33,557 nt of DNA from Folioceros fuciformis (taxonomy: Eukaryota), in contig JBNGIO010001516.1 of assembly GCA_049999805.1 (NCBI GenBank), positions 1 through 33,557 of the forward strand, read 5' to 3'. Position 1 is the first letter of the stretch; each line of letters begins with the position of its first letter. The notes below the pieces were generated by a model that saw only the letters and a list, made by a program, of their open reading frames with translations, was not told the DNA's origin and did no database searches. Position numbers and translations under genes: made by a program. Of this stretch, positions 32,855 to 33,557 are shown in pieces.

Positions 32855-33557
32855 TGTAAGATAACTCTGAGTCCGTAGCAAACTTGGAGGAGTGCTCGGA
32901 TTGGAGGCTTGTTCCTGTAGGGTTATTAAAGCCCAATGTGCCTAGACTAATGTGTTTAGTCTAAGGTTAGTGTCTAGTTAAATATCATTAGTTTAGATTA
33001 GCTTAAGCTAATTTCTAGGAAGCTTCTTGTGCAGCTTCCTGTGGGCTTCTTATGAAGCTTCCTAGGGAGCTCTTCTAGAGGGTATAAATACCCCCTTGAG
33101 CTCCCTTGTATGTGTGACTCTATTGTGAGAGTGTGACCTCTCTTTCTCCTCTCCTCCTTGCCTCCTCTTCTCCTCTTCTACACCATGTAGCTTCTAGAGC
33201 GTTCCTTTAAGTGGTATCAGAGCCAGGTTGTGGAGCTCAAGTTGTGGAGTGAGGGAGCGAGATGCTCATGCCTGCAGATGCCACGGACAAAGGCCCATGA
33301 GAAAGGGCATGTAGGAGGAGCACAGAGCTCCAGGAGCCAGGGAGCCGGGAGCTCGGGGAGTCGGGAGCCTTGGCGGACACATCCGCGCAGGGCACTAGGA
33401 GGGTGCTGCCACGCTGCGAGGGGGATCTGCCCCCGGTGCGCCATCCACACCGGAGGTGCCCGGGCCGCGGGCCTCCCAAGTCGCCGCAGCCAGCCCGCCG
33501 GGGGCGGCCAGGCCCTAGACGTGGGCGGGCAAGCCCCGGCTGCTGGGGGTGCACCAC
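32855..33557 (+). mobile_element. 5' end of an LTR retrotransposon (5' LTR, tRNA-iMet PBS, start of probable gag), truncated by window end
   Basis: TATAAATA at 33083-33090, pyrimidine-rich U5-like tract, and PBS TGGTATCAGAGCCAGGTT at 33212-33229. An ORF from the ATG at 33278 (MPRTKAHEKG...) stays open to the window end. The LTR start (tgtaag at ~32855) is uncertain. Confidence 0.8.
33212..33229 (+). promoter_or_regulatory. Primer binding site complementary to the 3' end of plant initiator tRNA-Met
   Basis: TGGTATCAGAGCCAGGTT, the full 18-nt plant iMet PBS, immediately after the LTR-like region. Confidence 0.9.

Overview
Eukaryotic nuclear DNA, very probably from a seed-free land plant with flagellated sperm (bryophyte, lycophyte or fern). 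The evidence is a plant NCED and an ABCG half-transporter next to the axonemal dynein assembly factor LRRC6/DNAAF11, with short GT-AG introns. From left to right: (1) a frameshifted non-LTR retrotransposon of the restriction-like-endonuclease (CRE/SLACS-like) type (to ~2750); (2) intronless NCED (3970-5802, -); (3) a 12-exon LRRC6/DNAAF11 gene that the ORF track only shows in fragments (7015-9415, -); (4) ~3.9 kb of non-coding DNA with small repeats; (5) a 21-exon gene (13330-18874, -, ~1185 aa); (6) an ABCG11-like half transporter (20445-23534, -); (7) a TE-derived zone from ~24.4 kb, with a hAT relic, an LTR-element accessory ORF, a gag relic, and an apparently younger LTR element with a perfect tRNA-iMet PBS. 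The 21-exon gene is the main result. By manual splicing it encodes one polypeptide: a putative organelle transit peptide, an SbcD/Mre11-type nuclease, and an SbcC/Rad50-type ABC ATPase with a CDHC zinc hook. Both halves look closer to phage gp47/gp46-type enzymes than to nuclear Mre11/Rad50, so this is a candidate nucleus-encoded, single-chain organellar DNA-end-processing machine. All gene models were spliced by eye and no database search was run.
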